From Catajapyx aquilonaris (Eukaryota): a stretch of DNA of 64,000 nt. The stretch spans positions 1-64,000 of the forward strand of contig JYFJ02001569.1 of NCBI GenBank assembly GCA_000934665.2, read 5' to 3'. The position numbers were made by a program, and so were the translations under genes. Shown here in pieces: positions 25,428 through 39,581 of this stretch. Each line of letters begins with the position of its first letter. Position 1 is the stretch's first letter. The notes beneath the pieces were generated by a model. It was not told the origin of the DNA and searched no databases. It saw nothing but the letters and a program-made list of their open reading frames with translations.

Positions 25428-28400
25428 TTAGAAGGAGTAAGACGCATCTTTTATCCACTTTCACATATTAAATACCCCTGATTCAAACGCTATAGTATAG
25501 ACGTCGACACAGTGATACAAAATGAATAGCCTACTAAGAATTATTACAATGTCAGAGTTATGCATTGTGAACATCCCATATGCCACATCATAGCCCCAAA
25601 ACCCAACTACAGAGACGATGGATGGCCTTCTTCCAATCAGTTCCAATTAGATTTCGCTCCAGCCCATTGCAACCGAGCCCAGACTCAGCCCGAATCAGGC
25701 AACCCGATCCTGAAGTTTGTCTCCAACTCCAATGACTGTGCGAGCGATATTATTAAAAACGACCACCCACTTGGAGCCAAAAAACCCAACGATGTCAGTG
25801 ATGTGAGGATTTACAGTATATTCCCCTCCCCACCTCTCCTTCCCCCTACTTTTTTTTTTGGTGGGTGGTTTGAGGGGGTGGAGGCAGTGACGTGTGACAG
25901 GACCGGGTTGACGCTTTCCCAGGGGCTGTGACAGGTGATCAGTAAAGCGATCCCGAAGTAAGCCGAGGCTGGCGGTAGACAAATGAGTGGCTGGGATGCG
26001 CTGAGTTGAAGTCGATGGAAGGAGGATAAGGCGGGCGGGTGGGTAAGTTCCGGGAATCATGCCAGTTCGAGTCCCGCTCTGGCCAATTTTGGAACAACCC
26101 ACTGATGTGTTGTGCTGCTTCCGCTCCACCAAGCAAATTGCGACATAATTACGCGACCGTGAGAGGAGCGAGGGGGTGAGAGGGAACTTGATTCCAACAC
26201 TTTCTGGCGATTATGCCTCTGCTATATGGACCTGGATGGAGAGTCATCTGGGTAGGTCGCAAGGTGGAGGTTCATGCATGGTAGAATAGGATTTTCATCC
26301 ACAACCTATCCTTAGGAATGGAGCAGTTTGAAGGACGAATCGTTTTAAAGACTTCATATGTAATGTAATATCTTGGAACTCGAAAGAAGTCAACAACCCT
26401 ATAGGGAGTCCAAAATGTAACTGTCTCCAAAAGAGATTTGTTCGTAAGTTATTGGTCCTCGCATGTTGAGTAAGTCAAATATAAATGAACAGAACCTAAT
26501 CCACCACGTGTTCCCACCATCTGCAACAGTCTTGACCTTTCAGAATTTACCCATGGACTGCCCCTCTGGCTCTGTAACGTGGCCCATAAATTGCACAAAA
26601 ATGTCCACCTTATCCCAGTTTCCCCAGCAGGACTCGAATTTCCCGAAGTGCGGGGGGTCCTTTGAAACCGATCTTGGGACTGTTCTGTTGCCCAGTGCAT
26701 GAAACACCCTCAGAACCTCCCCACTTCTTTGTGAAGCAGCATTCACTCTGTTCATCTAAATAAAAATTATTTGCAACATAGTCGTGACAAAAGTGACAGC
26801 ACTTTCATTTTTCATTCAGACGGAGATAAGAACTTATACAGTGGTTCCCACTGATGCTGAAAAGATAATGGATTGTAACTTAACAATTTTAGGCAAATCG
26901 GGAAACCCCATTTAAGTCACTTTCATGTTGATCAGCATGTTCAGCATGATGTGGTGTTACAGTAACAAAAAAGCTGCTCAGTGAATGAGATTACAAAAAA
27001 TTCAGGATACTTTAGGAACAAGGAAAATACTTCCCTCACACCGAAGGCGTTTTAGTCGACTCATTAGTCCTATTGCAAATCTCACCCATGACGTTTCTCA
27101 CAAGATTTTTGTCACACCCCGTATACTGTGCTCCACTCCAAACACGTAAAATCTGGCAAAGGAAAAGCTACGAGCCGCAAAGGAAAATTGGGAGTGAGGG
27201 TTTTTGGGTAGTCACGCTCCATGTGGACAGGATATGTTCCGACCGACTATGCCAGTAAGGGGAAGACCCAGAGGAGAGAGAGTTAGGGTGAAGAGGGTGG
27301 TGGATTTGAGATTAATATGGCCCACACGTGTATTCTGCTGAGCTTTATGTCTCCCGGAGCACGAAAGATCAAAGCGCCTCATCGACTAGTGAGTGACACG
27401 TCAACTAATGGTTTTTCCTTACACTAAAAAAATGAGAAAAAACAAGCGTTTCGGTGAGGCACTGTATACATTTCCTCTAGTTTTGGCGGACTTTTCATAT
27501 ACGACGGAACACGACACTGCCATCCTCGTGTCCGTCATCTTTGTCATTTATCCCTTCGTCTGTGAGAAATAACGTACGGGTTTTTTGGCACGTGTCCGAC
27601 ATTTACGGCCGTGCTCGTTAGGAGCATGGCCGGAACACGACGATGCACAGCCTCGTGGAGTTTTATTAGTGATTAGTGAGTGCTAATGATGTCGGCGTTT
27701 AGTTCGTCGCAGTGGGGTGTCGCCATTTTTGTTTACAGATGGGGACCCCCGACCATTTGCGTCTCGCCATCCCCTTTATAATGAATGTCACGATTTGACG
27801 GCGTTCCTGCAAAATGTTATAGGTATCCGAATGTTTTCCAGTTTCGTTATCCCTCAACACAGATATTCCTCTACTACGTCATTTTATAGTTGACGAATGC
27901 TATATTTTATGCATATTTATGCCTTCTCAATGGTAAATCCTATAGGAGCATTTGAACCTTAAAAACCTGACGAGCCACAATACTTCTTAAATTACCAAAT
28001 ACAACAACTTTGTATAGCCAGCAAACGGTATCAACTATAGACAACTAACAAACTAATGGTTGCAATAGGTAACATACTGATTTGTAACCAAGGAATGACC
28101 GAGCTACTAAACATGTCGCTAGCAGCGGCAAGTCGGCAACAAAAAGCGTTTCCCCCAGTCATGTGAGCGGGGTAAATACAGTAGACCTTATGTTCATATA
28201 CAGTCTACAGATACACCGATGAGGAATATCTTGCTGATTGTCACGCTGGCGTCATCCCCCACCTCCTCTCACTTACTGTCCTCTAAGCCTGTCATATACT
28301 TAATGGACAACCCATTAGACTGACTTAAATCACTTCACTGCTATGAATGATTGGGGGTGTATCTAACAGGTTGTCCCTCATCATCATTCACATGCTGGGT

Positions 28401-30609
28401 AACGAAATAAAATTTAGCATGTGATTATCACCTTGGTGGAGCCAGAATTGCTACACTCAACTCTAATGCTTCATATGGAAAAAGATGTCTTTCAGAATAG
28501 GTTTTGTCGCGGACCCAAATATTTTGCGGTGCATATACCAAGCAAAAGTGAAAAAGACCTTCACTCTTGATTCTTGTAGACCAAGTGGATGCTCAAAATT
28601 TATTCAAAAGTCACACATCAGTTGAAAGGCGCCATGTATGATGGATGAAAGGCACAATCGCGTATAATCCTCCGAAATCAGACGTTTAGTTTACAAAAAT
28701 TGATTGTCTGCCCTGCGAAATTGGATAACCTATACGCGAACATAGAAATACATCAATTACTGTAAATGTTTAGTTATACAGCTTCGGTTAATGAAAACAA
28801 GTTTCGCATTTAAGAAGGCTGCTTGAGCAGGTGCCACTATCATTCTACATTATTGGGATGCTCTTAATGTCACCGTATAGGATTTTCCTAAATGATGTGA
28901 ATATAATTTGACGAAACAAAAAATATGTTCATAACATAATTATAAGGAAAGGATCAGAGACAGTATATACGCAGTATACGCATCTCCTCACCAATATAGG
29001 CCTATATACGCATAGTAATGATTTAGGGTTTATAGGCTTTCTCAAGCCATATCGGGCAGCTTTGGCAAACCATGCACGTATAAAGACCCATGTCCAAGAG
29101 TAATATTGCGGATACCTAATGACTGGTATCAGCAATATTTCAATGTAAGAAAGGTTGAACCGGCCAGGTGAAAGTCTGTGATTGCAGTACGAGACTATAC
29201 GAGCGCAGCACCAGCAGCTTTTGCGCCTGACCACAAAATCCGACAAAATCAATCTCCATAATCTTCCATCATGCTCTTTTCTGTATAGTAACTGGAGCTC
29301 CCGGATGGAATGGCTCGTGGACTGACACATGCTTCACAGATTTTGTCTGTTCGTAAGCAATACTATAACCTAAACTATATTGCTGAGGAGGAGCCATTTT
29401 GAATTAACACTTGTCATCAGAGACATATGCCGCAAAACTTGTTCAGTTCTACCAGCTCTTGGTTCTATACCCATTTGAGACAAACTTGAAGAATGTATTG
29501 CCTGACATAAGTATACTCGTTTAACTTATGTTAAGGAACCGCCATTCCCGGCAGTATCTGCGCGAAGAGCTGACTTGAAGAGCGAAGGGGAAAACTCCGA
29601 GTACCGGTATGTCATCTGAAGGGCCAAAATGGTGGACATCCTCTGAGCACCCCCTCTTTCCTCTCTTTTCTGCACCCCCTCGAAATGTACGTATACAGAA
29701 GAAGGGGGCGAGCCAAAAGAGGGGGTGTTCTGGTCCATGCCGCGTTGCACTTGGCTGGGCTTGGCCTCCTCTGCAATTATGCGTTCGGTTCCACTCCGTG
29801 AAGGGCTCATCTACACGCCTGTCAAAAATGTCGGAATACCCATTTATTTCGTTTCTTCCTCGTCCTATCAAGTAGGGCGTCATCCACACTCAAATAACTT
29901 ACTATTGACACAATTTGGGGATCACTTTACGATATTGGTTACGATGGTAATGTTACAAGCAAGTGGAGAAAACAGCGCGTGGCCATGCGCTGTTTTCTCT
30001 GCAAATACTTGAAGTATTATGTAAGCCGTATACATAATGCATTTCAGTGGTTTCTACTCTACTATTACCTTCAAAAATAAATGTTGACTAATTGCTGCAA
30101 CCAAGGATATGTAATACTATCAGTACTAAAACTAGCCTATTCGCGTTTAGTTGCAACATCAGCATTCTTACTGTTATTACACTGCAAGATATAATGTGTT
30201 TGCTGCACTTTTTCATAGAAATATCGGATTACCGGCATCCCCATTCAAAGAAATGTCACGATTGACATCAGCGCCATTTTAACGTGATATAATACAAGCC
30301 TTATGCAAAAGAGCTATACAGTCCACATGAGAAGTGAACAGTTTTCGTAGGTGCTGTCAGTTTGACTAAAACGTTAGGTGTGTTGCAAAGAAAGAGCTCT
30401 TGCTCGGCATCTCCGAAAGAGGCAGGTGTCATTTGGAGCCATAAGTACTTCCTCAGCGTTGATCTTCTCGGGGAATGGACTAACACAGCGGTTTTAATAT
30501 ACTTGACACTGGCAAAAGTCAACCTGCCGACAGAGAAATACCCCCGAGCAATGACCTCGCTCAGCCTTCACAAGTCATGGCAAGGGTGGTAACACGAGTT
30601 CCTGACGAA

Positions 30610-30968
30610 CAACAACAAAAAAATCTCACCGCACTTTGTCCTCAGGTTACAGGCCGACTAAGCCCGGTTTTATTAGCACCGTCAACCGGCATCGAGCGAG
30701 CAATTATACGACATATTGTTGACATCGCTTCTCTCGGAACTCAGAGGGTGATGTCGTCATGTTTCTCGGGCGTTCAAAACAACCGGGCGGCCCATACAAC
30801 TTTATTGACCATTAGGCTCTTTCTATGGACGTAGGCGACACAAGAAGCCGACGTCTGGTTGTATACGTCGCGAGAGGTGACCCCGAACCCATGTGCCTCT
30901 GCCAGGAATCGAACCCAGGTCCACGCTCCAAGGGAAGAGTGTGTGTTCTGCCACTAAACTACAGAGGC
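30610..30968 (-). mobile_element. tRNA-headed SINE, family 2 (or tRNA pseudogene at 30894-30968 with SINE body)
   Basis: The minus strand reads GCCTCTG TAGTTTAGTGG...GGGTTCGATTCC..CAGAGGCA, with A and B boxes and a 7-bp acceptor-like stem but an aberrant anticodon arm. A CpG-rich body follows and ends in a T/(TTG)n tract. The 3' boundary is approximate. Confidence 0.7.
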
Positions 30969-31410
30969 TATTGGGCAATTAGAAGGGGCGTGTTTATAAA
31001 ATTGCGGGCCTAAAAGGGTCACTAATAGTGGACCCGAGGGGCAAAATGTGAGCTGAGGAAATCTGTACATTGTTACTGACCGCCAATGGCGGATGTTGTG
31101 CTGCAAGAACGGAGCCGTTTGGTTTTTTCGAATTTTGATTTTTAGAGTATTGAGTTTCTTTAGTTTGAACTAGTAGGATAAGTAAAGAATAAGCGTGTAC
31201 AATTTTTCCATACAAAAATGGAAAATTTCCCAAGGCAAACAAAATCTGTCTCAACACATCAGACCGGTCAACAATAGGAATGTTCGATGCCGCTTGTATA
31301 ATGTACAGTTATTTTTTGTTGGTTTGACAAAATATTTTCAATACAATTATTTATCGCGCTGTTGATCAAACGGGTTACGCATGTTTGTATATTATAGGCC
31401 TATACTGTAT

Positions 31411-31625
31411 TACCCGCGAGCATAAAGATGGAGACGGCAGGCCCTCACCTTCGGCAGGCTGCTCTGCCAATTGCAGCTATTACGGTATCAAATATATACT
31501 GTCATAAATACACGAACACACGCCTGATGCAGCTAACTCGGTCCAAAAAGAGTTCATTAATTTGAGTCGGATAAAGAAAGGTCAAAAAAGGGCCTGCCGT
31601 CTCCATCTTTATGCTCGCGGGGGTA
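31411..31625. mobile_element. TA-flanked MITE with ~33-bp TIRs
   Basis: TACCCGCGAGCATAAAGATGGAGACGGCAGGCCC ... GGGCCTGCCGTCTCCATCTTTATGCTCGCGGGGGTA. A second partial copy is at 510-591. Confidence 0.85.
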
Positions 31626-33659
31626 CGTATATATGTATGCATATATTCGCTCTGGATAGTAAGGAACCACGTTTTGCAATCACACTTTTTGGCAGCAATC
31701 ATCGCACTAGTTCGTCTCATCAAGGCATCGTAGCTTATCCTTAGTTAAGTTCTGGTAAGGACATTTTCCGGTCTTCCGGTTCTTGTACGACACGTAGCCT
31801 ACTGGATGGCCAAATGTATTTGCCAGTCATTTTAAAATGTTAAAATATTATTGCACGTAAAGCAGATGGTAAGTTTAGCTCAGGTTTAAGTGGGCCAAAG
31901 TTTCGCCTCAATTATACTGTTCCGTTATCATTAACGAAACAATTGCATATTTCTGGGGAAGTAAGGAATTATAAAACGTGACCAGCACCTTCGCCTTCTA
32001 CACAATTTGTTCCATGGACCATGGATAGAGGTCTTTATAGCGTTCAAGACATTTCCTAACTGCTCCAATGAAGGGAGGTTTTGCTGAGTACATCTCCATG
32101 CAAAAAATGACAACTATCAATTACATGCCTTCTAGAAAGGCAGGGAGGACATTTTCAACAGTCCAGATACTCTATAGTTTCATACCTCGAAATTCCTTTG
32201 TCGGCTGAGAGTATGATTGTATAGTATTGATGTAATGCGCGCGAGAGAGGAGGTATAGTGCATAGTGGAGACTATACCTATATAAAAGCGCGGTGGACAA
32301 AATAATGTTACCCCCCGTGGGACATAGTAACCCATCTTGACGCTTTATTTTTCATTCCTAAACCCCTTTTCTCAAAGCTAACTATACTTGACAACGTCAA
32401 CACTACACGACTTCATTGCCTAATGACGTTCAAAAATGAATGGGTCGTGTGGAAATCCAGGCGTGATATCCAGTAGTGATAGATTCATTTGCGAGTAGCA
32501 AATGCGATATGTGAAAATCAATTCAATCGCGTTGTAGCAATTTTTGTGTGGATAGCCCTTATTATGGAGTATCAACTTCTAGCGCAGTTTCAGAGGACAC
32601 ATGTGGTACCGTAAATTATTAAATATGTCAATGGTCAGGGTTTCAGGAGTGACTGCACACTAACCAAGTTCTTATGGCAGTTCTGACCTATGCCTGAACC
32701 TATCCCATAACCCAACCCAAACGTGATAAGTTAGAACGATAACAACTCCCCATTTTCGTGAGGGCCTTTTCTCTCTTAAGTTATTACGATAAGGCGGTGG
32801 GTCAACTGCCAAAAGAGCATAAGTCACGTAGAGGATACAATTTGCAAACCCATGTAAAAAATCGTCCTTATTTTTAAATGAATTTTGGATACGTATTAGC
32901 TTTCGAGCTGTGGTCGATCTAAGATCATATTAATTACACTGTATCGTCCAGCCCCCTGACGTCACTGTGGCCAAACAGATAGGTGCAGAGGCAGGAATGC
33001 ATCCGGGATGCTTTGTTCCTTTGTTTGTTTGCCTTGTTGGCGATCCTATAATACCAACTGGCGGAATCGAACGACTGCCTGTAAATAATCCGAATCGAAT
33101 GGACCGCCAGTGAAGCTGGTGCACCGGTCTGCTGACGTCACTGTGGTCAGGCAGGAGTGGGAGTGCGCCCTTTAGGCCACGCCCCATTTCCCCCGACAAT
33201 TTTAGAGTTTAAAAACCTCCCGATAATTTATTGAGGAATGAAATTTTGGTGCTGAAAAGTGGTGGATTGCTTGTTTACTTGTATGGTTGAGCTACTCGTG
33301 TATCCCAAATCCCAGACCAAGGCTAGGACCCCCATTATAAGGAACTGTCCACTGTATATCATTAAGTGAAATAATAATTTACACAATGTTCCTATGCCAA
33401 AGTTGACGATCCGGAAGATGCAGGACGGGGAAATGTTGTGGTGCTATGAACCAATTTTGACCAATTTCTGAGAAAACGCAAAAAATTGTCCTACTCATTC
33501 CCATTCTTTTTTCCTATTATTATTTTAGTAAGTGAAGATTTATTATACACAGCAGAGGAATTTGACTGATGCTGTTTTCTTTCAGCACGCGTGTTGAAAC
33601 GCAAGAAGCAACATGGCAGTGTTAACTCAAATATGTCAAATCGAAGCAACTGCAGAGGG

Positions 33660-34245
33660 GCCAGTGGAAGACAGTGTTCAATGCCAACATGGAGCACATG
33701 AATCAATTGGCGCAACAGTTTAGATATCATTTTCCCGACATGGACAATTGGACATGTCAATCAATTTGATCAGAAATCCACTTGAGATTATTTTCGTTAC
33801 CACATTTGCACAGTCATGTCAGTGCAGGATCGGAAATGATCATCAAAATTTCCATGAATGGCAGTTTGTTTCAATTTGTGCCAAAAACATTTGTAATATT
33901 TTGGGCTGAAAAAATTGAAGCCTATCCAGCCGGAGCAACATGTGCTCTGAAGTATTTAATACCATGTGTACTACTACTTATTTATGTGAAGCAAGTTTTT
34001 CTGCATTAATGTCCATGAAAACAAAATTAGATCACCGACTCTGTGTTGAGAAAGATCTCAAGCTTAAATTTACGCCACTTGTCCCGAATACTGTGTGAAA
34101 GAAAACTTGCCCATCACACTAACTGGTAAGTGGCCGCAATTACTATTGTTAAGGTAACAGAATCGGAGTTGGGGTAGTATCATACAAACTGTCTTGACGT
34201 ATTTGAAAAGGGGTACGCGACAAAAAAAAAGTTTGGGAAACACTG
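33660..34245 (+). mobile_element. Decayed hAT (Charlie/Buster-type) transposase C-terminus with right TIR
   Basis: Frameshifted translation EHMNQLAQQFRYHFPD...IRNP...FWAEKIEAYPAGATCALKYLIP / TTYLCEASFSALMSMKTKLDHRLCVEKDLKLKFTPLVPN matches the hAT dimerisation region. The sequence ends GGGGTACGCG...AGTTTGGGAAACACTG, a Charlie-like TIR. Confidence 0.88.
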
Positions 34246-37200
34246 CTATATATAGGTTTGGATCGTCCGTTCTGCTTATTTCGACATTGTTTATATCCCC
34301 AGTGATGACTCATCCACTCATCCCGCCCGGATCGCCAACGTGGGCAGAGCAACATTATTATTGTAGGCTATAAAATATGTGAAATCATGATGAGACGGCG
34401 CTCACGGATCATTCAGAATAACTCATACACATTCTTATTAAAATATTAGGCTCAGTGGCTTCCAGATAATTTATATAATGGTCTCAACTAACAGCCAATC
34501 CCGATGACATTTTAAAATATCACCATTCACCTCCCAAGTGAAGCCTGCACTTAAACCAACACCATCCAAAATGGCGTTCAACCTTACATTTCGAGGACAC
34601 AATCGGCATAAAGAAGCAAAAATGACATGGCTGAGCAACATGGTTGTCGGGGTTGACTTGAAGTAAAGTGATCCCATGCAGGCACGGTGCCCCAGCATCC
34701 CCGCGGTTGCATGTGAAGCCCTTTTTGCCCCCTAAGATCCCTGCCTGCATGACTCCTCCACTCGCCCACCCTTAGCCCCTGACAGGTCCAGGGCGTGAGC
34801 ACGGAGAGTAACGGGTCGACCTGCCAGCCAAGATGGATGTCACCAAATTCCTAGAACGCTCCGGGGCCTGTCTGGGCCTCGGCCTGCGAGGCTTTGTGAA
34901 AACTTAGAGCGAAAACTCCTCCCCAGTCTTCGTTGCGCTTCTTTTGACTTCCTCCAGAGGGACTCTTTGATCTTGGCTCATTTTACCAGGGGTGAAGGAG
35001 GGAGATGTGGGGCTTGGGGTGGTGAGGGTGGGGTAGGGAAAGAGCCGCCGAAAAATTCAAAGGCAGGCGGAAGGTTCTATTTAAAGATGTGGAGGGAAAG
35101 ACATAATTTAAAACAACAGATGAGGTTAGGCCTATCAAAAAGGGATGAGGGAGCAAATGAATTAGACGATGTTCATTACGGACGTCAAAAGGACGGGGGG
35201 TGATTAATTGGATGCAGGGCACTGGAGTTCAAAAATCCGACATGTTTCCTATCGGCGCCCTGTACCTTGTGTGTTGAGCGAAATGGTTGGCGGCAATGTG
35301 TACGGTTCCAAGAGACACATGTCCAATTCGGATCTTGTATAGTACCATACAAGCTGAGATACATCTACTTGTAAAACCATCGGTTCAAGGAAGCCAAATG
35401 GAATAAAAAGTGAGGAATATGTCTATCAGATCTTAGTGACACATGTCCACCACGGGTTGTGGTTCAAATGGACACATGTCAGTCGCAGTCATCCACGGTG
35501 GTAAGCTTTGCGCGCTTGAACGGGTAGCCCGTCAGTTATCATGGGACACCACAATATAATTTATCAGCATAGTAAACAAGGCGTTCCAACCAGAAACATA
35601 TTGGTTAGAGAAATTATGCTGATTTAATTGTTGTTGTTTTTTTACTGAGCAAAATTTTTAAGGTTTTGGCCCAGAAAAACCGGATGATTTCTTCTAGCGG
35701 CCTCCAGCCCATGCACTGTTCTTCATTGCAGCTGCACTCGTCGCGCGTGAGTTGCCCGAGGCAACGGAACATCTAGTCCAAAAATTCTACTTGTGTCGGA
35801 AATGTGTGACTGGCGATCTTAGAATCTTCCTGCAGTTCATTTGAGCTGCCGTACAACAATGTAGGCTACAATTAGTCATGAAATAAACCGGAAGTACAGT
35901 ATAACAAGCTAGCCACTGTTGGATTCCGGAATGGTCCGCATTGGGGGTCCCTCTGGGAGAATATTTTCTGCCTTTCCTGCCATTCAGATATAAACCAGTT
36001 CTATATTGATAGATGAGACGTGTCCGGATTTGTTGCCTATTTTTATATGGTCTTATGCATAATAATATGAGTGTGTCATTCACTGACATTCATCTGAATG
36101 AATCTTGTATAAGGACATGTTTCACTGCGTACCACTGCACAATTGGGACGCATAAATTAATTGCCAGAATCTTTAGAAGCTTCATTTGGGATGTGCAGCA
36201 CTTTGGCGGAAAAGTAGAAACAAATATGCAATCCAAATGCGGACGTCTAACCTCAAGATGCAACTGGTTCTATCAAGACAAGTAATTAAGCACAGATCCT
36301 TTTAATTCTATTCCAACCGCATAAGTGTCGAAACGCTCTCATTTTCAACAGCGTGTAATTCTCCGTGTTGTACGCTTCTCATCCGCCTCCTCTTCCCCTC
36401 TTAGTTCTTGTTGCTAATTCCTTTTCCGGGGTCCAGAAGCGCCCACCGAAATAGAGCACGTCTGTCAAGGTGTCAGCAAAGAAGAAACCGGGCAAGAGAT
36501 AAGGGCAAGTGCATGAAAGAAAAATGGACGGATAGCAGGAAGGCACGCAGAGAGAGGAAAGACGAGGCAGCTTTCCTAGAATAGGATTTCCTTTGGCGAT
36601 TCTCCTTCTGCATTTTTTTTATCTTTTCCTTTTTTATTTTATTTCTGAAACTCTTTTCCTCGCCCCTGCCCATCAACTTATTGCAACATGTGCCGCACAC
36701 TATACTGAATCTCTCTAATAAACTAAAGTGAACTTAGAGATTGGAGACAATCCTGCAACGTGGCCTTTGGAACGTCTGACGGCGAATGACATGAAAATGT
36801 ATTTTTATGCCATTCGCTGTCAGGGTCAAATGCAGTTTTCTTTGAACTCAAAATTACATCATACGGTATTAAAATACCGAAATGAATATAATTGTGCTGT
36901 GAATTTATGAAAGATGTATGAAATGAAGGCACACATGCTGTCGCAACTTATTTGCAGCCGTTTTCAACTAAATGGCATGCCCATGTGCATCTCTCTCTGG
37001 TCATTTCGGCTCAGGCCACATTCTTGCAAGCGGCCCCGAAAATCCGTGACCGACATGCCCAGGAAGACCATTTTTATGCGGAAAGACAGGAGGGAAAAAT
37101 TCTTGGCCCTTCTCTTCTTCTTGGCGGGATGGCGTAGACCAAATTAAATGTGTGCGCGTTCTCATTAGTGCCGCTGGACAAGTCTGATAGTGTTTCTAAC

Positions 37201-38003
37201 CGTCGTCTAGCTGGGAGCAGTGGAACTCCTCGTGCTATCGTGTTAGGGGTCACGGGTGAGGTAAGTCTGTCACGAGGGCGTGGTTGTTCCACATTGTTCC
37301 TATCTTATCGACAAGTTTAGTAATTGAGCATGTCTGAAAACAGCGCGGTTGAAATATAACTTAATATATAAAGGAGTCCATTGGAGTGTATCAAAAAATT
37401 TAAGAACTGTTTTTTAGACAAGATCAAACTGATGCCGTATATATTTGGACTGAAATTATTTAATTATGATATTATTGTTTGTGCACGCAGAAAAATAGTA
37501 CAGCACAAAATTAGGGGTGTAAGGTTGCAGTTATATTCCTCGTATATTAATAGAACGTTTCAATATTCATTCATTCATATACGTATACATGTGCTGAATT
37601 ATAAATACTGTACAGCTACACAAAACATATCTGCAATATTGTATACATCTAGACGATTTTTACAAAACTGGAATTCAGTTTTTCAATTTTGAACGCCAAA
37701 CCCAATATTCTGGCAATTACTGGGAATACACTGATTTGTACAGAGTATAAATTATCAAGATTGGCAATGAACATGTTATCCCAACTTCTAGTTGGTGTCT
37801 TATACTCAACCAGCTCCTCATGCTGAAAAATTAACAACCCGTGTCATGACTTATATCTGTAAAAATTATTTTAGCCGATGTGATGTATTGGTGTCAGAAC
37901 AGTTTACCCATAATATATGATTGACCTATAGCGGTGCAGATGGTCTGAAGATGCACAACACGATATAGTTATCAGCCCAACCTCAAAACAGTCTAACCCT
38001 AAT

Positions 38004-38179
38004 AACTGGATTTGCTGTATTAGATAAGCCTATAATATGGCAGAGTATAAGTTATCTGCTGACCAAAGTTAGCATCATCATATCAAATTCACAGCAGTGA
38101 ATTTGATATGATGGTGCTAACTTTGCTCAGATAACTTATACTCTGCCATATAGGCTTATCTAATACAGCAAATCCAGTT
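38004..38179. repeat. Long near-perfect hairpin (~85-bp arms, 4-nt loop), probable foldback MITE
   Basis: AACTGGATTTGCTGTATTAGATAAGCCTATA...ATCAAATTCAC agca GTGAATTTGAT...TATAGGCTTATCTAATACAGCAAATCCAGTT, with two small indels. Confidence 0.9.
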
Positions 38180-39581
38180 CTAACCAATTGTTACTAGTAC
38201 AGTTCATGGGCAGGTGAATCTTCCTCTTCTTTTCCCATGACCTCTATATAATTATGATGCTAACCAAGGAACCATATGCAGACTACATAGCTGTTTTTGC
38301 TTTTTCTATGATTATTCTATATATAGAGCCAGAAGTAATCACCACTGGCATTTTATCAAAACAGCAACATTTCTCTGAGTGACAGATAACAAGCAATTTA
38401 TCTTAAATTCATCTTTTCAGGTCTGATTGCATGTTATTGCACTGCAAAAATTCTCCAATTAAAGTGATTCTAGAGAAGCTGCCATTAAAATGCATTAGCT
38501 GCAACACAGAGGTGTTATCATCATAATTATAATTCTGATATCTCATACAATAATATTGTCCAATATAATCTAACGCCTTTTTGTTTGTTTGTAGCAAACC
38601 CAGCATGAAAGCAAATAAATAGGGCACGTTAAACTGTTTTCGGTTGAGCGAAGTGTTTGTTGCTTCTGAGGTCGGGAAAAGAAACAAGGCGGGTTGACCC
38701 TCAAACACAAGGGGTTTGCTGCATGGCTGCTGCGGAGGGCGGAAGGCCGGATCCAATGACTTCGGAGGTCTCAAGCAACCATCTGCCTACCAACCATCCA
38801 TCCATCCTGAGGAGGCAGGGTAGGGGGATTCGAAGGGGGCAACAATCCAGGTCCTCGGGGTCGTAGCACATGGATGGGATGCCCCACAAAGAAATTTCCC
38901 TCCCAGAAAAAGACTCCATCCGTCCTTCTACAAGAATGTGGGGGCCCAAACACAAAAATATGGGGGAAGAATATATGGGGAATATATAGCGCGCCTAGGG
39001 GAACTCAATCAGTCTGAGTCATTTTCTATGACAGAGCTACGTGGGAGAGGAATTGTTAGCCTATATTTAGCGCAGTAAGTAAAATTTTGCACTTACATTA
39101 ATTTGTGAAATTGACTTATTAGTTTATTAGTTTGGTGGCTTTCATACTTTTAAAAATTCAGAATTAAAATAATTTTTGCAATAGTGATTTCAGTCGTCTT
39201 TGAATCGTAACTATTTCAATATCATGTGTTGAAAACTCGAAATGCATGCAAAATATTTTTTATAAGGTGATGAAATTTTGGATTGGTAAATAAAGTGGTT
39301 TTATGTACATAAAAAAGTGTGCGTAAGTGTATTGAGCTGAATGTTTAATTTTTCAAAGGGGGTATGCTGAGCTAAGAAGTAACAATAAGCACATAAATAA
39401 TGACGGGCATATACACAAATACTTATAGGGCCTATGCGTGTGGTTAAATAATTTTACACTTATAAATGTATGATAATTCTGCAGCATGGGGATGTTATTT
39501 TTACTTATGCCTAATTGAATAGAAAATAATCACACTTATAATTTATTGTAATTTACGATATAGGCGGAAATATATTTCTGA

